64,000 nt of DNA from Octopus sinensis (lineage: Eukaryota). The stretch spans positions 24,180,001 through 24,244,000 of the forward strand of contig NC_042998.1 in the NCBI RefSeq assembly GCF_006345805.1, given 5' to 3'. Of the stretch, positions 1 to 12,699 are shown piece by piece (the stretch's first letter is position 1; each line of letters begins with the position of its first letter). Position numbers and translations under genes: made by a program. The notes under the pieces are model-generated. The model had not been told where the DNA came from and did no database searches. It was given only the letters and a program-made list of their open reading frames with translations.

Positions 1-205
1 TTTATGAAACACACAAAAGCCGTTCGATTCACTTCAACATTTAAGTTTAATTTGTCAAAATATTTTCATCACTTTAAGACCGCAATCTGTTCACTAGCAT
101 GGATTTTTGTCAGTGAACAGGTCGCGGTCTTAAAGCGACGAAAATATTTTGACAAATTATACTTAAATGTTGAAGTGAATCGAACGGCTTTGTGTGTTTC
201 TTAAA
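1..205. repeat. Foldback (inverted repeat), ~95-bp arms, 16-nt loop; may extend beyond the window edge
   Basis: 1-95 (tttatgaaacacac...ctgttcact) is the near reverse complement of 112-205 (agtgaacag...gtgtgtttcttaaa), with scattered transitions. Confidence 0.9.
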
Positions 206-319
206 TGGTTTACAAACACCTTCCACGCTGCAATCCTTTTCGTTTCAGCACACGATCTCAGATCAAATCACTTGCTATGCAAGTACATCTCCGTAATATA
301 TATATATATATATTTTTAT

Positions 320-610
320 ATATCACCGTGACCGACCAGGCTATCAGATGTTGTTACACATCGCTGGTCACAATGCGCTTCGCATTGTTTTAGCCTTCAA
401 ATGACGCCACCCCGCTGGCTAAGCGAGCAGGCCAACAGAGAAAGTTGTGGCGAAAGAGTACAGCAGGGATCGCCACCACCTCCTGCCGGAGCCTCGTGGA
501 GAATTAGGTGTTTTCGCTCAATAAACACCCACAACGCCCGGTCTGGGAATTGAAACCGCGATCCTACAACCGCGAATCCGCTGCCCTAACCACTGGGCCA
601 TTGCGCCTCC
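320..610 (-). mobile_element. tRNA-headed SINE (family B)
   Basis: Minus strand starts GGAGGCGCAATGGCCCAGTGGTTAGGGCAGCGG (A box) ... GGTTTCAATTCCC (B box). Related copies at 1842-2142(-), ~25000-25195(+), ~41675-41920(+), ~52578-52880(+), and a 3' part at ~50245-50357(-). Confidence 0.85.
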
Positions 611-624
611 ACATATATATTTAT

Positions 625-1150
625 CATCATCATCATCATCATTTAACGTCCGCTTTCCATGCTAGCATGGGTTGGACGGTTCAACTGGGGTCTGGGGAGC
701 CCGAAAGCTGCACCAGTCCAGTCAGATCTGGCAGTGTTTCTACAGCTGGATGCCCTTCCTAACGCCAACCACTCCGAGAGTGTAGTGGGTGATTTTATGT
801 GCCACCGACACAGGTGCCAGACGAGGCTGGCAAACGGCCACGCTCGGATGGTGTTTTTTATGTGCCACCGACACAGGTGCCAGACGAGGCTGGCAGACGG
901 CCACGCTCGGATGGTGTTTTTTATGTGCCACCGACACAGGTGCCAGACGAGGCTGGCAGACGGCCACGCTCGGATGGTGTTTTTTATGTGCCACCGACAC
1001 AGGTGCCAGACGAGGCTGGCAAACGGCCACGATCGGATGGTGCTTGTTACGTGCCCACAGCACGGAGGCCAGTCGACTCGGTACTGGCTACGGCCACGTT
1101 CGGATGGTTTTCTTATGTGCCACGTGCCACCGGCACTGGTACCACAAAGA
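625..1150 (-). mobile_element. RTE LINE 3' UTR fragment with internal 63-bp tandem expansion
   Basis: Reverse complement matches the 3' end of the RTE at 17930-18170 (ggttggcgttaggaagggcatccagc...ggacgttaaatgatgatg). atgtgccaccgacacagg recurs at 797, 860, 923 and 986. Confidence 0.85.
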
Positions 1151-1224
1151 TACAAATTCCATTGATGTTCATCTATTTTGATTTGTTTTGATTTTATATA
1201 TATATATATATATATAAATCCCAA

Positions 1225-1634
1225 AATGCTAGTGACCTCTCGACCAATCTTTTCTCTCCTTTCATATTGGGTGGTTGAATAAGTGGCTTCCTTCTTGCTG
1301 CTCTGCCAATAATAGCCAAGTTTGTGATGATACTGGACAGCTGTTCTGGGACTGACATCAACTTGTTTTGCTATGTCAGGGGCCATGCAGCAAGAATTAT
1401 TCTCCACACTTCTCCTAACAAAGCAAAGAGTCCTGTCAGAGGGTCCTGGTTGACTGGGCAAGGTGACATGAGTTCTTTCCTCTCTCAGGTGAATTGCACA
1501 ATCACTCTATTAACTGTAGAAAGCAGGATCCCAAGGTTTTCTGTAATTTTACATTAAGTCCACCTTCAGATTGACATGCAATATGACCTCTTTGAAATTA
1601 GGGTAGTTCCAAGGCTTTTTTTTGTACATGGCAT
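1225..1634 (-). pseudogene. Degenerate Tc1/mariner transposase, N-terminal HTH region
   Basis: Across frameshifts the minus strand reads MPCTKK...KITENLGILLSTVNRVIVQF...PGPSDRTLCFVRRSVENN...DIAKQVDVSPRTAVQYHHKLGYY(G)RAARRKPLIQPPNMK-RKDW. This resembles the Tc1 paired-HTH plus RKKP motif. Confidence 0.7.
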
Positions 1635-1841
1635 AATTAAATGGTCACATACAGAACCTGAAATATAAAAATATCAATTAATAAAAAAAATATAAATTTT
1701 TTCATGTTAAAATAAACATAAAAAGATGTTTTATGGGGTGTCTATTTACTTCTGTCATGTGTGTGTATACATACATACATCCATACATATATACATACAT
1801 ACATACATACATATGTATATACAAACATATATATATACCAT

Positions 1842-2142
1842 GATCACCGTGACCGACCAGGCCATCAGATGTTGTTACACATCGCTGGTCACAATGCGCT
1901 TCGCATTGTTTTAGCCTTCAAATGACGCCACCCCGCTGGCTAAGCGAGCAGGCCAACAGAAGAAAGAGTGAGAGAAAGTTGTGGTGAAAGAGTACAGCGG
2001 GATCACCACCATCCTTGCCGGAGCCTCGTGGAGCTTTAGGCGTTTTCGCTCAATAAACACTCACAACGCCCGGTCTGGCAATCGAAACCGCGATCCTACG
2101 ACTGCGAGTCCGCTGCCCTAACCACTGGGCCATTGCGCCTCC
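1842..2142 (-). mobile_element. tRNA-headed SINE (family B), well-preserved copy
   Basis: Near-identical to 320-610, with an intact A box (TGGCCCAGTGG) and B box (GTTTCGATTGCC). Confidence 0.85.
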
Positions 2143-2217
2143 ATATATATATATATATGTATGTATGCTTACATGCATGCGTATTTGTATGTATGTACAT
2201 ATGTATGTGTGTGTGTA

Positions 2218-2268
<51 letters not shown>

Positions 2269-2539
2269 ATAGATAGATACAATGTTTTTTCATCTTTATT
2301 TTATGTCTTACATATTTGTAAGTTTGGGATGGTTTTTCTCCAACACAATGTCTTTCCATTTGTTCCACTCATCCATCATCTTTGCAACTGTTCCCTTTGT
2401 TTTTCTTTGTCCAAATGTTCCGTCCCACTTGGATCTCAAAGCACATCTTTATTCAACTGTCATCCTCTATATTCATCACTTACCAATACCCGCTCAATCT
2501 TCTCTATGTTGTTATTCAGAACAGACTGTTACCCCAACA

Positions 2540-2700
2540 ATGTCATGCCTTACACTGACACATTGCTTTGCAAACTGCAACGCATCTTCCCTCTGATTCT
2601 TTTGCCACCAAACACTGACAAACCCCTTACTTTCAGTTTCACTTTGAACTACATATACCGGTTGCCTAGCTTCTCTTTTAGCAGCCTGCTATTACTTCAT
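2540..2700 (-). pseudogene. Old RTE LINE ORF fragment
   Basis: Minus translation AKREARQPVYVVQSETESKGFVSV...REDALQFAKQCVSVRHDIVG aligns by eye to AKREAGRQVYIAKDVAEKREVANV...RAEVFRIARQCVRENCDVIG of the 15431 ORF. Confidence 0.65.
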
Positions 2701-2752
2701 ACTCCCTCCTTTCTTCCAGTGTTTCCATGCCAGTCTCTGTTGTTCATCCTGC

Positions 2753-2979
2753 GGCGAGCTGGTAGAAACGTTAGCACGCCGGGCGAAATGCGTAGCCATA
2801 TTTCGTCTGCGTTACGTTGTGAGTTCAAATTCTGCCGAGGTCGACTTTGCCTTTCATCCTTTCGGGGTCGAAAAATTAAGTACCAGTTATGCACTGGGGT
2901 CTATGTAATCGACATCATACCTATGTCTGTCCTTGTTTGTCCCCTCTGTGTTTAGCCCCTTGTGGGTAATAAAGAAATA
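2753..2979 (+). mobile_element. SINE (family C, Nin/Deu-like central domain) with 15-bp target-site duplication
   Basis: TGTTGTTCATCCTGC at 2738-2752 and 2980-2994. The core ctttgcctttcatcctttcggggtcgaaaaattaagtaccag resembles the Nin/Deu domain. Further copies at ~3233-3465(-), ~3890-4045(-), ~5275-5480(+), ~23995-24180(+), ~25545-25760(+), 27113-27590, 51542-52109. Confidence 0.85.
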
Positions 2980-3847
2980 TGTTGTTCATCCTGCTCTGTG
3001 AATCATCACCATCTTATTCAGAACATCTCTCTGCTACCACATTTGTGGTCATTTAGAATTGTGATTAGATAATACAAACGGTTGCCATAGAAAAATATAT
3101 AAACAGTTAAAAAACATGTTTAGGTGTAGGAGTGGGCAAGTGTCTTCCGCTATAGCCTCGGGCCGACCAAAGCCTTGTGAGTGGATTTGGTAGATGGAAA
3201 CTGTAAGAAGCCCGTCATATATATGTATATATATATTTCTTTACTACCCACAAGGGGCTAAACATAGAGGGGACAAACAAGGACAGACGAAGGGATTGAG
3301 TCGATTATATCGCCTCCAGTGCGAAACTGGTACTTTATTTATCGACCCCGAAAGGATGAAAGGCAAAGTTGACTGTGGCGGAATTTGAACTCAGAACGTA
3401 ATGACAGACGAAATACCGCTAAGCATTTCGCCTGGCACGCTAACGTGTCTGCCAGCTCGCCACCTTGTATATATGTATATATATATATATGTATGTGTAT
3501 GTGTGTGTCTGTATATGTTTGTGTGTCTATGTTTGTCCCCCCAACATTGCTTGACAACTGATGCTGGTGTCTTTACGTCCCCGTAACTTAGCAGTTCGGC
3601 AAAAGAACCTGATAGAATAAGTACTAGGCTTACAAAGAATATGTCCTGGGGTCGATTTGCTCAACTAAAAGTGGTGCTCCAGCATGGTCACATTCAAATG
3701 GCTGAAACAAGTAAAAGAGTAAAAGAGAGAGTATGAACCTTCTTTGTTACCCCATGTAATAGGAGGATGTTCAGATATTCTAGAGTCCTATATTGGTTAG
3801 AAAGTATCTTCTAAGCAGAGCTCAGGGAAATGTGATTACTCATTACA

Positions 3848-3880
<33 letters not shown>

Positions 3881-4179
3881 TATAATCCTTTCTACTATAG
3901 GCACAAGGCCTGAAATTTGAGGGGAGTGGGCCAAATGATTAGATTGATCTCAGTATGCAACTGGTACTTAATTTATCGACCTTGAAAGGATGAAAGACAA
4001 AGTCGACCTCAGCAGAATTTGAACTCAGAATGTAAAGACGGACGAAAGAGCAAATTGCAGAAGGTCCTTGATATGCTTATGGAAAACTACTTCCAGGTTC
4101 GATTCTAGAAGTGGCAAGAATGCTGGGACCGGTATATTGCTGTGCAAGGTGACTATTTTGAAGGAGATTTTTTTTTATT

Positions 4180-4587
4180 CTTTTATTCTTTTACTTGTTT
4201 TAGTCATTTGACTGCGGCCTTACTGGAGCACCACCTTTTAGTCAAGCAAATCAACCCCAGGACTTATTCTTTGTAAGCTTATTCTATCGGTCTCTTTTCA
4301 CTGAACTGCTAGGTTACTGGGATGTACACACACCAGCATCGGATGACAAGCAATGTTGGGGGGGGGGGGACAAACAAAGACACACAAACACACACACACA
4401 CACAAATATATATATATACATACATACGATGGGCTTCTTCCAGTTACCATCTACCAAATTCACTCGCAAGGCTTTGGCCGGCCCAAGGCTATAGTAGAAG
4501 ACACTTGCCCAAGGTGTCATGCAATGGGACTGAACCCAGAACCGTGTTGTTGGTAAGCAAGCTACTTACCACACAGCCACTCCTGCA
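4180..4587 (-). mobile_element. Dominant SINE (family A: GGAGTGGCTGTGTGG head, internal TA/CA tract, (AGTAAAAG)-type tail)
   Basis: Related full or partial copies at ~3121-3730(+), 7905-8522(-), 9600-10325(-), 10790-11790(-), 22735-23390(-), 24470-24898(-), 32320-32705(-), 33810-34130(+), 34360-34790(-), 39080-39470(-), 44942-45345(+), 55045-55440(-), 62963-63375(+), 63400-63810(+). Confidence 0.85.
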
Positions 4588-4602
4588 ACTAGAATAGAAA
4601 GA

Positions 4603-4721
4603 CATTTACAGCACCTAAGTTTCCCAAGCTGTCACCCATCTAAGTACTAACCAGGCTCGATGTTGCTTAACTCCGGTGATTGGACGAGAACCGGTGTTCT
4701 CAAAGTGATATGGCCATAAAC
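4603..4721 (-). pseudogene. 5S rRNA pseudogene (full length, 119 nt)
   Basis: Minus strand GTTTATGGCCATATCACTTTGAGAACACCGGTTCTCGTCCAATCACCGGAGTTAAGCAACATCGAGCCTGGTTAGTACTTAGATGGGTGACAGCTTGGGAAACTTAGGTGCTGTAAATG follows the metazoan 5S consensus with many transitions. It is a single copy, not in an array. Confidence 0.9.
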
Positions 4722-6610
4722 AGGATTAATGCTAAAACAGGTAAATTAATTATTTTTTGATACCACCTTGTATGCTCTAACTTCATTTATGTAGACTATG
4801 CAAAACACACCACTGATGAGATATACCATTTGATCGCTTTACAAAATTGTATTTAAATTACGACGATGTTTACAAAGATGACTGCATTTGTGAGGAGACA
4901 TGGACTGATTTTATAATTTTAGAATTTGTGTTTTTCTTTGATTTATATCTTCTTTAGTGATTATATAAATTCATTTAAGTTTTTTATGGAATTATAAAGA
5001 AAATATTAACGTCTCAGTGTGTTTTATTATATTGTTAATCCAATCTTCTGGTTACGTAACTATATTTTGCCCCCCCCCCCCGCGAACATATTTTGTAATA
5101 CCTTTGTATACATTCTTTTCCAATTGGATGAATGAATGGTCTCTGCTGTCAATAGAAAAAAATTCTTATGTTTATTTTTAAATAAACCACCATAAGGACC
5201 ACCACCACTACCATCACCACCACCACCATCGTTGTCATTGTCCTCCTCCTCCTCATCATCATCAGCATCATCATTTAGGCTGCAAGCTGGTAGAATTGTT
5301 AACATGACTGATAGACTGCTTAGCAACATTTCTTCCATCTTTATGTTCTGAGTTCAAATTCCACCCAGGTCAACTTTGCCTTTCATCCTTTCAGGGTTGA
5401 TAAGATACGCATCAGTTTAACACTGGGATTGATGTAACTGACTTAATCCCTCCCTCTAAATTGCTGGCCTTGCGCCAAAATTTGAAATTATTATTATTGT
5501 TATTATTAAGGTAGCAGCATTTTGCTCGTTGCTCCGTTTTGAGTTCAAATTCTGCCAAGGTCAACTTCGCCTTTCATTCTTTAGGGGGTCGATAAATTAA
5601 GTACCAGTGAAATACTGGGTTCAAAGTAATTGACTTGTCCCTTGCCACAAAATTTCAGCCCTTAGCCAAAGGCTCTTACTTAAGGTTTCATACCATGGGA
5701 CTGAACCTGGAACCATGTGTCTGAGAAGCAAACTTCTTCCTATGCAGCCTGAATATGTGTACGTCGCTCGAATTATTCTGGACACTGAATGTGTATTTCA
5801 ATGTTTAAAACATTTTAGCACTTACCATGTTTCTACTGATAAACTGATTAATCATTTAACCAGGGATTCAATATTTAAAGATAATAACATTTTGTGAAGA
5901 ATAACTTCCTTATGGTAGCCTATTAATCCTACATTGATTCCTTTTCACCAGGTTTAAGGGCAATTTATCTCAGGGAAAGATTTATCTGATCTCTCGTAAA
6001 TGATATATAGATAATTTATTGCTGATACACAACTACAATACTGATGTGATCAAAGGTTTTGCTGATCTGAACACCAATAACTTTACTTTTGCTGCAGTTG
6101 TTCTGAATAAAAGACTATTGGTATGTGACACAATAAATCAGACATGTCTATTGTGGATTTAATTCAAAAGAAATCACACGAGTTGTCATTGCGGCATAGA
6201 AGTGGAAATTTGCATTTCTTTCTGACACCTTAAAGATATTGCAAATAAAGAAGATGATTTAGCATTTAGCAGTATCAAAGAAACTACTCTCTTTGGAATG
6301 GGGCTCATTGACCAATTTTATTTGGAGACTTTTGGCGACAGGAATTTAAATTGCCATAGCATCCATCTTAAATACAGCAGTGTTTTTTTTTGTAGGAGAT
6401 TTGGCTGGTAAATTAGAAGGCTTAGTGGTAACATGTTGTGTTGGCCTGATGAATGAGTTGGTGTAGGAATGCCAAGGATCAAAAATAAAATACACTTTCA
6501 TAGACACGAAAAAAATTTACATTAACATGGATAAGAATGTTTATAGATTTGATAGGATCATTAAATTAATGACAGTAATGAGAAAATGTCCATCTTTATA
6601 TCAAAGATTG

Positions 6611-6643
<33 letters not shown>

Positions 6644-8128
6644 AGAGAAATAGAAAGAGTTTGAGAGAAATAGAGACTTTATAAAAAGATCTTATACAAA
6701 AGACATTTCCTACAAAAGATCCACGAAAGATCCACGAAAGAACTATCTGATAATTTAGATAGAATAAACGAATGCATATTCTGTCAATTATCCAGAAAAA
6801 GAAATCATGAAGAAGATATAAGAGGACATCAGAAGCTTGTGTGGAGATACTGTGTATGTGTGTGTATGTGTGTGTGTGTGTGTGTGTGTGGGGGGGGGTG
6901 TATGTGTGTGTGTATCTGTGCCAAGTTTTCTTTGAAGGCATACATATATACAATAGATCTACTAAACAGACTCTCAGTGTAACAAGCTATGGGAAAGCAA
7001 GAAAGCAACCAAACTAATTTTTTTGTGTAACTAACTTTGATATAGACGTTTTTTTGAGGTCTAGATCAAATTGCAATCCAATACTTTACCTCAAAGGACT
7101 TAGTTTTAATGTAAATAGCTATACTTATGATAATAAAGCCTTCAGTACTATCCGCATATCCTTTTGATGCAAAAACATTCAAACTAGATTTACTGTTTAT
7201 TATCAAAAATCATCAATAAATATGAATGATCCCTATCTTAAACTAAATGGCACAGAATCTGAAATACAAGTTTTTCGTTGTCGTTGTTATTTTATTTCTT
7301 CTGAAATAACAATGACAACAACAACAGCAGCGACAACAACAACAACAACAATGACAATAAAAATGATAAATAAATAGATAAATTTATTATTCAAAGCATC
7401 TGTCTTGGTGGCACCAACATTCTTATTTCTCTTATTTCTCAAGAGGCTGAAACTCTGTGTGTTATATTAGATAAAAACATGACCTTTAACCAGCATATTA
7501 ATCTGTTGATAAATCACTCATATACCAGCCTATGAAACTCTGGGAAAGGAGGGTGGAGTGGGGGTGGTTGGTAGAAACAAACAAAAAAAAAAGAAAGAGA
7601 GAGAGAAAGAAAGAGAGAAGGAAAGAAAGCCAGGACACACTTGGTTCTGGATCAGACAAAGATTCTGGCCAATTCTATCATCACATCTAAAATTTACTAT
7701 TGCAATTCATTGGCCTTCAGTATTTACATGACAAAAACATAAAAAAATAAAACAACTTCAAAACCATTGTGTTCATTTGTAGCTCTCTCTTTCTCTCGCC
7801 CTCTCTCTCCTATGCATATATGCAGACATAAGTACATACATGCATACCTACACACATACATACATACATGCATACATACAAACATGCATACATACAAGCA
7901 TACATACATGCTCTTTTAGTCTTTTACTCTGTTACTTGTTTCAGTCATTTGACTGTGGCCATGCTGGAGCACCACCTTTAGTCGAGCAAATCGACCCCAG
8001 GACTTATTCTTTGGAAGCCTAGTACTAATTCTATCGCTTTCTTTTGCCGAACTGTTAAGTTACGAGTATGTAAACACACCAGCATCGGTTGTCAAGCAAT
8101 GTTGGGGGGGACAAACACAGACACACAA

Positions 8129-8183
<55 letters not shown>

Positions 8184-8343
8184 GATATATTACAAATAAG
8201 AAAATGGAAAAACCCATTAGTTGGTTCATCAGCTTTAGGATATTAGACTGTTGACTTATTTATTTATCAAAACAACAACCATAATAACATACATATATAC
8301 AGTATAAAATTCATTACATATAACTTACTTGGTGGTATATATA

Positions 8344-8386
<43 letters not shown>

Positions 8387-8849
8387 TACGACGGGCTTCT
8401 TTCAGTTTCCATCTACCAAATCCACTCACAAGGCTTTGGTCGGCCCAAGGTGATAGTAGAAGACACTTGCCCAAGGTGCCCCACAGTAGGACTGAACCCT
8501 AAGCCATGTGGTTGGTAAGCAAGCCACTTACCACACAGCCACTAATAAAAATTAATAATTATTTCATATATATTGTTAAGCACACACATACACACATGCT
8601 TTCACACATGTACACATAAATACACACATTCACATCCACACACACACACACACATGCATATATATACATATGACAGAATACATGGTGCATAATGTTGCAG
8701 CTAACTATGAGTGGTTGGAGATTGTCGAAAGTACAATACACAGATCGGTCCATATTGGATCAATATTGTGTTATTAAATATATCCAAAATTTATGCTAAA
8801 ATAAAGTTTTCAAGGCAGCCGAAACAGACATGAATCCAATGAGGTTCAC

Positions 8850-9323
8850 ACACATGCTCACTCACACACACGCACGCACACACACACACACAGACACACA
8901 GACACGCACACAGACACACAAACACACATACACGCATACATTCACACACACACACAGATGTACACACACGCACACACAGACACACACATGCACAGACAAG
9001 TACACACCACACACATGCACCACACACATGCACACATGCACATACACACACACATGCACGCAGACACATGCAGATACACACACACACACAAGCACCACAT
9101 ACACACACACATGCACACACACACACACACACACAGAGACACGCACACAGACACACACACATACACGCATACATCACACACACACAGAACAACACGCACA
9201 CACACACACACATGCACAACAAGTACACACACACACATGCACACACACACACATGCACATACACATACACACACGACACACAGATACACACACACACACA
9301 CAGCACCACATACACACACACAT

Positions 9324-9359
<36 letters not shown>

Positions 9360-9450
9360 AGACACACTGACACAGACACACATGCACGTACCCACACACA
9401 TGTACACACAGACACAAACACACACACACACACACATACACTCACACAAG
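8850..9450. repeat. Cryptic (CA)n-rich low-complexity tract
   Basis: About 600 bp of interrupted CACA/CACACATG/CAGA; source of the HT- and CV-rich ORFs. Confidence 0.95.
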
Positions 9451-9646
9451 AATGAGCGAAGAACTGAGTATAAGGCGGAGTCAATGGGTTTAGTTGGAGC
9501 CGTTTTTATTTATTAAGAAGTTGACTTAGGTCCTCGTGTTTCTGCAGACATAAAAAGGAGCACACAAAGAACCACAAAGCAATATGGCTTAAATATAAAA
9601 TCTCTCTCTTTACTCTTTTACTCGTGTCAGTCATTTGACTGTGGCC

Positions 9647-9813
9647 ATGCTGGAACACCACCTTTAGTCGAGCAAATCAACCCCAGGACTTATTCTTTGT
9701 AAGCCAAGTACTTATTCTATCGGTCTCTTTTGCCAAACTGCTAAGTTACGAGGATGTAAACACACCGCTATCGGTTGTCAAGTGATGTTGGGGGGACAAA
9801 CACAAACACATAA

Positions 9814-9851
<38 letters not shown>

Positions 9852-10116
9852 GGACCGATATATATATATATATATATGGACCGATCTGTGTATTGTACTT
9901 TCGACAATCTCCAACCACTCATAGTTAGCTGCAACATATATGCTGGAACACCACCTTTAGTCAAGCAAATCAACCCCAGGACTTATTCTTTGTAAGCCAA
10001 GTACTTATTCTATCGGTCTCTTTTGCCAAACTGCTAAGTTACGAGGATGTAAACACACCGCTATCGGTTGTCAAGTGATGTTGGGGGGACAAACACAAAC
10101 ACATAAACACACATAC

Positions 10117-10135
<19 letters not shown>
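9647..10135. repeat. Local duplication of a SINE segment with an inverted templated insertion at the junction
   Basis: 9647-~9835 is near-identical to 9940-~10128. 9874-9937 is the reverse complement of 8692-8755. Confidence 0.85.
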
Positions 10136-10161
<26 letters not shown>

Positions 10162-11060
10162 TACGACAGGCTTCTTTCAGTTTCCATCTACCAAATCCAC
10201 TCACAAGGCTTTGGACAGCCTGAGGCTATAGTAGAAGACACTTGCCCAAGGTGCCACGCAGTGGGACTGAACCCGGAAAAATGTGGTTGGTAAGCAAGCT
10301 ACTTACCACACAGCCACTCCTGCACCTATTTCATAATCTTGGAGAAATCTTTTGAAATATTTGGCAAAATGACCAAAAGTATTGCCATGTTGGTGTATTG
10401 TCAGTTTGGAATTAGTAAAATGCTTCATAAAGAGATGAGGATCTCGTAGAATTCATTTATTGATATCATGGCTGGTGAAATACCTGCACAATACTATGCC
10501 ACAATCTTTTCTAACTGATCTGTTCTGATAAACCACTAAAGGAGCCCCTGCATGGTTATTCAGCTTCCTAGAAATACCTGCTAAATCTCCTTCAGATTAA
10601 AACCCTATAATTTTTTAAAGGGAGATACAATTTAATAATATGGTCCTGTAGATGCAATGCTTAACAAAAGTATAAAATTATCCTAACTGGAGTGATTGTA
10701 AATTATAGGCATGCTCAGGTCGGCCTGGCCTAGGGCTAAAAAGAACAACTATATCAACAGCTGTACTACAACAATCATATTTTGCCACTTGCTCTTTTAT
10801 TCTTTTACTTGTTTCAGTCATTTAACTGAGGCCATGCTGGAGCATCGCCTTTAGTCAAGTAAATCGCCCCTAGGACTCATTCTTTGTAAGCCTAGTAATT
10901 ATTCTATTGGTCTCTTTTGCCAAACTGCTAAGTTATGGGGATGTAAACACACCACCATCAGTTGTCAAGTGATACTGGGGAGACAAACACAGACACACAA
11001 ACATATACACACACATACATACATATATATATAATATATATATATATGTATATATATATA

Positions 11061-11309
11061 ATAATTTACAAGATAAGGGCAAAAGAAAAATTCTAATGCC
11101 AAATATGCCGAAAAAAAGACAAAACTTTTCAATAACCATTATAATTTATGTGTCTCGAAACAAACCGATAGAAATTTCTAAAAATTTTAAAGAAATTTCT
11201 ATCGGTTTGTTTTGAGACGCATAAATTATAATGGTTATTGAAAAGTTTTGTCTTTTTTTCGGCATATTTGGCATTAGAATTTTTCTTTTGCCCTTATCTT
11301 GTAAATTAT
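11061..11309. repeat. Foldback element, ~119-bp near-perfect arms, embedded in (TA)n inside a family A SINE
   Basis: 11061-11179 (ataatttacaagataagggc...gatagaaatttct) vs 11191-11309 (agaaatttctatc...gcccttatcttgtaaattat), with about 2 mismatches. Confidence 0.95.
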
Positions 11310-12309
11310 ATATATATATATAGCACCAGGTGGTGCTATTAAGTTAGACATGGCCTGGGCCAATAATGGCCGAAACCTATCAAAGTATCAAAGTATATAT
11401 ATATAATATAAATGATATATAAATATATGTATATATACATATATATATATATGTACATACCTACATATATATGTATATATATACATGCATATATGGGTAC
11501 AGGACATCAAAAAAACGTTGAACACAATTAGAAACGAAAACATAAAAACAAAAACATAGAAACAAACTTTTGGGGGGAACAACAAATAAACAAACAGAGA
11601 AACGAGATATGCAACATAAAGAATATTCCCCTTTGGCTTCTTTCAGTTTCCATCTACCAAATCCACTCACAAGGCTTTGGTTGGCCCGAGGCTATAGTAG
11701 AAGATACTTGCCCAAGGTGCCATGCAGTAGGAATGAACCCGGAACCATGTGGTTGGTAAGCAAGCTACTCACCACACAGCCACTCCTGAGCCTATGCTTG
11801 CAGAAAATTTTCATTGAATTTTTTCATTGGTCTTTTCAGAAATCTAAGTTGACTGTCTCCAAGGAAAATAACAAATAAACTTGATTCATTCCAGAAATCA
11901 AAGTGTGTCTTTTTTAATTTCTATCTACAATTTATTTTTCTTTATATTACTTGGAATCTGATTACAAATTCCAGATTTTCTTCAAGGAGCTTCTAATAAT
12001 GTTTTCTGTATACATTTCTTCTGTTCCTTGTGAAATTCTTTGATCTGGAAGTAATGATTTGCTTCCTGTCACAAGAGGCTAATTTTGTGAGCCTTCTGTT
12101 AGTTCTTGGACTGTTTCTTTTTCTTTTTTTTATGGCCCATTCTATATATATATGGAGGTTAATGGAATGTATAATATATTTTCTTACAGTTTCTTTTTTT
12201 TCTTTCTTTCTTTAAATGATACCGAAGATATGATCTTCATCTTGAAATGAAAGAATTTTTCCCTTCTTGTTACCATGTCAACTTGGGCATCCACACGCTC
12301 ATACATCAT

Positions 12310-12416
12310 CAATCATCATCATCATCATTGTCATCACTGTCGTGGCTGTCATCGGTGTTGTTGTCATCGCCATCATCATCATCATCATCATCATCATCGT
12401 TGTCGTTGTCATCATC

Positions 12417-12448
<32 letters not shown>

Positions 12449-12680
12449 CATCACCACCATCACCACCACCACCACCACCACCACCATCACCACCACCACC
12501 AGTGCCACCAGCACCACCAGCACCACCAGCACCACTACCACCACCACCACCATCACCAGCACCACCAGCACCACCACCAGTGCCACCACCACCACCACTA
12601 GCACCACCAGCACCAGCACCAGCACCAACACCAGCACCAGCACCACCACCACCACCACCATCATCATCATTATCATCGTC
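12310..12680. repeat. Compound (CAT)n/(CAC)n/(CAGCAC) trinucleotide tract
   Basis: Direct inspection; explains the poly-H/S/T/I ORFs. Confidence 0.95.
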
Positions 12681-12699
12681 ATTTTACTGCAATTTCTCA

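Noticed and set aside
6040-6075. CTGATGT-GATCA...TGATC-TGAAC hairpin
   Set aside because: Neither core half is canonical and there is no cleavage triplet or stem I.
5950-6400. Stop-poor plus-strand frame (NTDVIKGFADLNTNNF...) and a minus-strand G|GTAAGT donor at ~5825
   Set aside because: Several in-frame stops, no recognisable homology and no consistent exon with both splice sites.
8700-8745. CTATGA...GTCGAAAGTAC as a hammerhead
   Set aside because: Core lacks G5, stem II and stem I do not pair, and there is no UH triplet.
11161-11205. GAAATTTC at the centre of the 11.06-11.31 kb foldback as a half hammerhead
   Set aside because: The palindrome includes GAA itself, which would sequester the catalytic residues; no core or stem II.
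11348-11385. GGCC-AATAAT-GGCC-GAAACC as a half hammerhead
   Set aside because: No CUGANGA, no palindromic stem III and no stem I partner.
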